Shown: piece after piece, positions 61,465 to 64,000 of the stretch | Position numbering within the stretch: the first letter of the stretch is position 1 | How the letters are laid out: each line of letters starts with the position of its first letter | IMG/VR virus record: IMGVR_UViG_3300020429_000539 | Location: 172,263 to 236,262 of that record | Strand: one strand, 5' to 3' | Length of the DNA stretch: 64,000 nt | DNA from: a virus | Lineage: Duplodnaviria > Heunggongvirae > Uroviricota > Caudoviricetes | Position numbers and translations under genes: made by a program | The notes under the pieces: generated by a model | Database searches by the model: none | What the model was told of the DNA's origin: nothing | The model's input: only the letters and a program-made list of their open reading frames with translations

Positions 61465-62192
61465 GTAGTATCCCGAAAATCATTCATCAAATTTGGATTG
61501 GAGATGAAGATAAGATACCGGCTTCATGTTTGGTTTTTCGAGACCACATGCTAAACCTGCATTCTGATTGGGAATACAAGCTGTGGACACAAGAAAACAT
61601 ACCAGAACTTGTTAACCAAGAAATCTTTGACGCCCTTCGAAGCCATGTCGTGTTTCAGTCTGATATCGCGCGCTACGAAATACTAGCGCACTATGGAGGG
61701 GTGTATATCGACTGGGATATGTGCCTAACAAAACCTATTGATGAGCTTATTGAAGGTACAGACCATTTCTTTATTGAAGAGAGCGGTCTCAATGTAACAA
61801 ATTCTATCTACGGAGTCTGTCAAAATCATTGGCTCTCCTGGAAGGCGGTAAGAGAAGCACAGCAGAGCTTTAAGCGACACAACAACTCGAATCTATTCTT
61901 CTATCCCTACAAGAACTACCTTGTTGGCGTGGGGGCTATATTCTTCAGTGACCTTGTTCTTGATGCTGCTAAGCGAGTTCCTATTAACATACTTCCTTGG
62001 CAACTTTTCAACCCATTCAAGCCCGTAGAGTTTAGGCGAGTCAATTTTGACCCTGATATTCCCGAATACTCGTTCGGTATGCATACCTACAATAGCGTTG
62101 TTGACCAAACAAAGATTGGCGCTCACAGGCGGCTGCCAGAATATGAGAGATACAGAAGCCTCGACGAGAGGCAGAAGGCGGAAGGTATCTAA
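61461..62192 (+). CDS. GT32 glycosyltransferase
   Basis: IPKIIHQIW, SDIARYEILAHYGGVYIDWD. Confidence 0.9.
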   Translation: MSSIPKIIHQIWIGDEDKIPASCLVFRDHMLNLHSDWEYKLWTQENIPELVNQEIFDALRSHVVFQSDIARYEILAHYGGVYIDWDMCLTKPIDELIEGTDHFFIEESGLNVTNSIYGVCQNHWLSWKAVREAQQSFKRHNNSNLFFYPYKNYLVGVGAIFFSDLVLDAAKRVPINILPWQLFNPFKPVEFRRVNFDPDIPEYSFGMHTYNSVVDQTKIGAHRRLPEYERYRSLDERQKAEGI

Positions 62193-62866
62193 TGCAGTCT
62201 ATTCCTAAAATAATCCATCAGATTTGGTATCAGGGAGAGGATGAGATGCCTGAATGCTATCGCTATTTTGCGAAGCATCTAAGAGAGCTTCATCCTGATT
62301 GGGAATACAGGCTATGGACAGCAGACAATATGATTCCGCTCATCAATCAGCAGATACACGATGAGCAGCCTCGCTATCTATTCAAGTCAAACATCTCTCG
62401 GTTTGAAATACTAGCACGATACGGTGGCGTTTATATAGACTCAGACTTCCTGATACTCAAGAACCTTGAACCGCTCATGCAGAACACTGACCACGTTTTA
62501 CTGGGGAACTTCCGCAAAGGAGCCTATCAGGTCTGTAACGGGTTTGTTGGTGCAACTGCAAACCACCCGCTATGCTGGCAGATGGTCCGTGGGCTTGCAA
62601 ATCGTTCGCGGGAGTTTCCTGAACAGAATCGGTATGCTAACTGTATTCCATACTTTGATGATACCGTCAAGAAGGTTATTGCTGAGCCGCTTATCATTCC
62701 AATGGAACTATTCTTTCCTGTGCATGCAAACCTGGTTATGGATAATCAGTTTGAGTATTCAGGCATGCACTACGCTACGCATATGTTCAACAACAGGCAT
62801 GATGGAGAAGGCATTGTGGCGCACAAAAAGTTACCCTGCTATTTGCGGGACCATCCTTGCGAGTGA
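62192..62866 (+). CDS. GT32 glycosyltransferase
   Basis: IPKIIHQIW, SNISRFEILARYGGVYIDSD. Confidence 0.9.
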   Translation: MQSIPKIIHQIWYQGEDEMPECYRYFAKHLRELHPDWEYRLWTADNMIPLINQQIHDEQPRYLFKSNISRFEILARYGGVYIDSDFLILKNLEPLMQNTDHVLLGNFRKGAYQVCNGFVGATANHPLCWQMVRGLANRSREFPEQNRYANCIPYFDDTVKKVIAEPLIIPMELFFPVHANLVMDNQFEYSGMHYATHMFNNRHDGEGIVAHKKLPCYLRDHPCE

Positions 62867-62920
62867 AGAATCTTGCTGTATACTATGGACTCGGAGTAGT
62901 CGATCTAGCGGAGGTCAGTC

Positions 62921-63217
62921 ATGCCGGTTGCGTTTGTTGTGATTGCAGGCGTTCTGATGGCGGTTGGCGTCTTTTTGGCGGCGGTGGTTGTCAATGAGAT
63001 GCCATCGATCAAGAAGGCAATCAGCAAAATGTTTCAGTCTCGCGCTGAACTGAAGAAGGCCAAGATTGAACTAGCCCGTCGCCGACTCGAAATCGAGCAT
63101 GAAGAGCGGATGGCTGCGTGGAGAGGTATCGATGACGAACCTGAGCCTATCAAAGGCGCTATGCCTACTTCATTAAGGCCCAAACAATCTGGTGACGAGG
63201 AACAGGTAAAGGCGTAG
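62921..63217 (+). CDS. single-pass membrane protein with coiled coil
   Basis: N-terminal hydrophobic helix; SD GGAGG. Confidence 0.75.
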   Translation: MPVAFVVIAGVLMAVGVFLAAVVVNEMPSIKKAISKMFQSRAELKKAKIELARRRLEIEHEERMAAWRGIDDEPEPIKGAMPTSLRPKQSGDEEQVKA

Positions 63218-63267
63218 TCGCTTTGCTGCATGCAGGTGAATGATTATGCCGCTACAATGACATCGTG

Positions 63268-64000
63268 ATGTTCAGTTCGGTTTTTGCAGAGAGACAACGC
63301 AGGGACTCAATGGTTGAAGCCGCCCTGAGCGGTCATTCTATCGCAAAAATTGCAAGAGATTTCGGTGTCACAGAGCGGGCGGTCAGAAAGGCATGCAATG
63401 ACAAAGGCGTCTCAATGTACGACGCCAAGGCTGCGCGTGAGCGACGGGTAGCCGATTGTGTCCAAAAAGGCATGACTCGTGCAGAAATCGAGAGTCAATA
63501 CGGTGCAAACCTGTCGTTTATTCGAACTGCATGCGAGAAGTATGGGGTGGCCTTTGAGCCATTGGGCCTCAATACGGACAAATCATTGAAAATTCTCTCT
63601 CTTCTGTGTAACACAAACAGAAGTTTGGCCGATATTGCATCTACAGAGGGTGTTTCAGAGAAGACGGTTAGCGACCTGCATATCAAAGCTATTCGGCATG
63701 GACTCCCAATCAAACAAAGGGAATTCAGGAGAAGAGAAGAAACACTAAAGATGAAGGTGGGATTGAGCTTTGAGAACACCATCGAAGCTTTCCCAGACCT
63801 TTTTAGACTCATTACAGGAAGGATTCGAGATGTCGCAGAACTCCATATTCTCACTTCTGGACAATGGAATGATGTTGCTACAGTCGAAGCTCGACTCGGC
63901 AGCCTCCAGATTGGATACGATTGCATCGCTTCTATCGATGCCGACCCCGGATACATCAACGAACAGGGCATCAAAGTCGTCATCTCCGATGAAGATGCGC
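63268..64000 (+). CDS. multi-HTH protein, truncated by window end (absent from ORF track)
   Basis: Open frame to 64000: HSIAKIARDFGVTERAVRK...RSLADIASTEGVSEKTVSDL. Confidence 0.75.
   Translation, partial: MFSSVFAERQRRDSMVEAALSGHSIAKIARDFGVTERAVRKACNDKGVSMYDAKAARERRVADCVQKGMTRAEIESQYGANLSFIRTACEKYGVAFEPLGLNTDKSLKILSLLCNTNRSLADIASTEGVSEKTVSDLHIKAIRHGLPIKQREFRRREETLKMKVGLSFENTIEAFPDLFRLITGRIRDVAELHILTSGQWNDVATVEARLGSLQIGYDCIASIDADPGYINEQGIKVVISDEDA

Larger units (their letters stand above)
1..64000. other. Segment of a large (jumbo/huge) bacteriophage genome
   Basis: Dense co-oriented short hypothetical ORFs, clustered tRNAs lacking encoded CCA, free-standing HNH/EndoVII nucleases, no bacterial housekeeping operons. 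Confidence 0.85.

Noticed and set aside
1-64000. Genome-wide TGA or TAG recoding suggested by the UCA tRNA
   Set aside because: Code 11 gives intact Fic, GT, kinase and HNH genes, with frequent ATGA couplings

Overview
This looks like a 64-kb segment of a large (jumbo/huge) dsDNA phage genome read with standard code 11; the host is not identifiable from this window. (1) 1-8.7 kb holds a Fic protein, a tRNA/ncRNA island and a ~1.1-kb highly structured non-coding RNA. The island has all five tRNA-Leu isoacceptors, Val, Ile2/Met(CAT), a UCA-anticodon tRNA, a tRNA with a 50-nt anticodon-loop insertion, an anticodon-less tRNA mimic and a 138-nt structured RNA. The large RNA sits behind a sigma70 promoter and carries RNase P-like CR-I/P4/CR-V signatures. 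(2) 8.8-40.4 kb holds ~85 short, plus-strand, GC-rich, mostly hypothetical genes. Most are preceded by CCACATA placed almost always 25 nt upstream of an ATG, an SD-starting purine or an RNA 5' end, which suggests a phage-specific promoter. A strand-polarised AGATGGGTGC motif (31 copies found) rises in density towards 40.5 kb and then stops. This region also has an EndoVII homing endonuclease that brought a replacement C-terminus for its target gene, and a T-loop-containing small RNA. (3) 40.6-64 kb holds larger, more AT-rich genes: an HNH nuclease, HTH proteins, two large enzyme-like proteins sharing a C-terminal module, an N4BP2/PNK-like kinase, five unrelated proteins sharing an M[NS]WY...A[SQ]-like leader, and a GT29/GT32 glycosyltransferase cluster. 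All calls are by eye; no searches were run.
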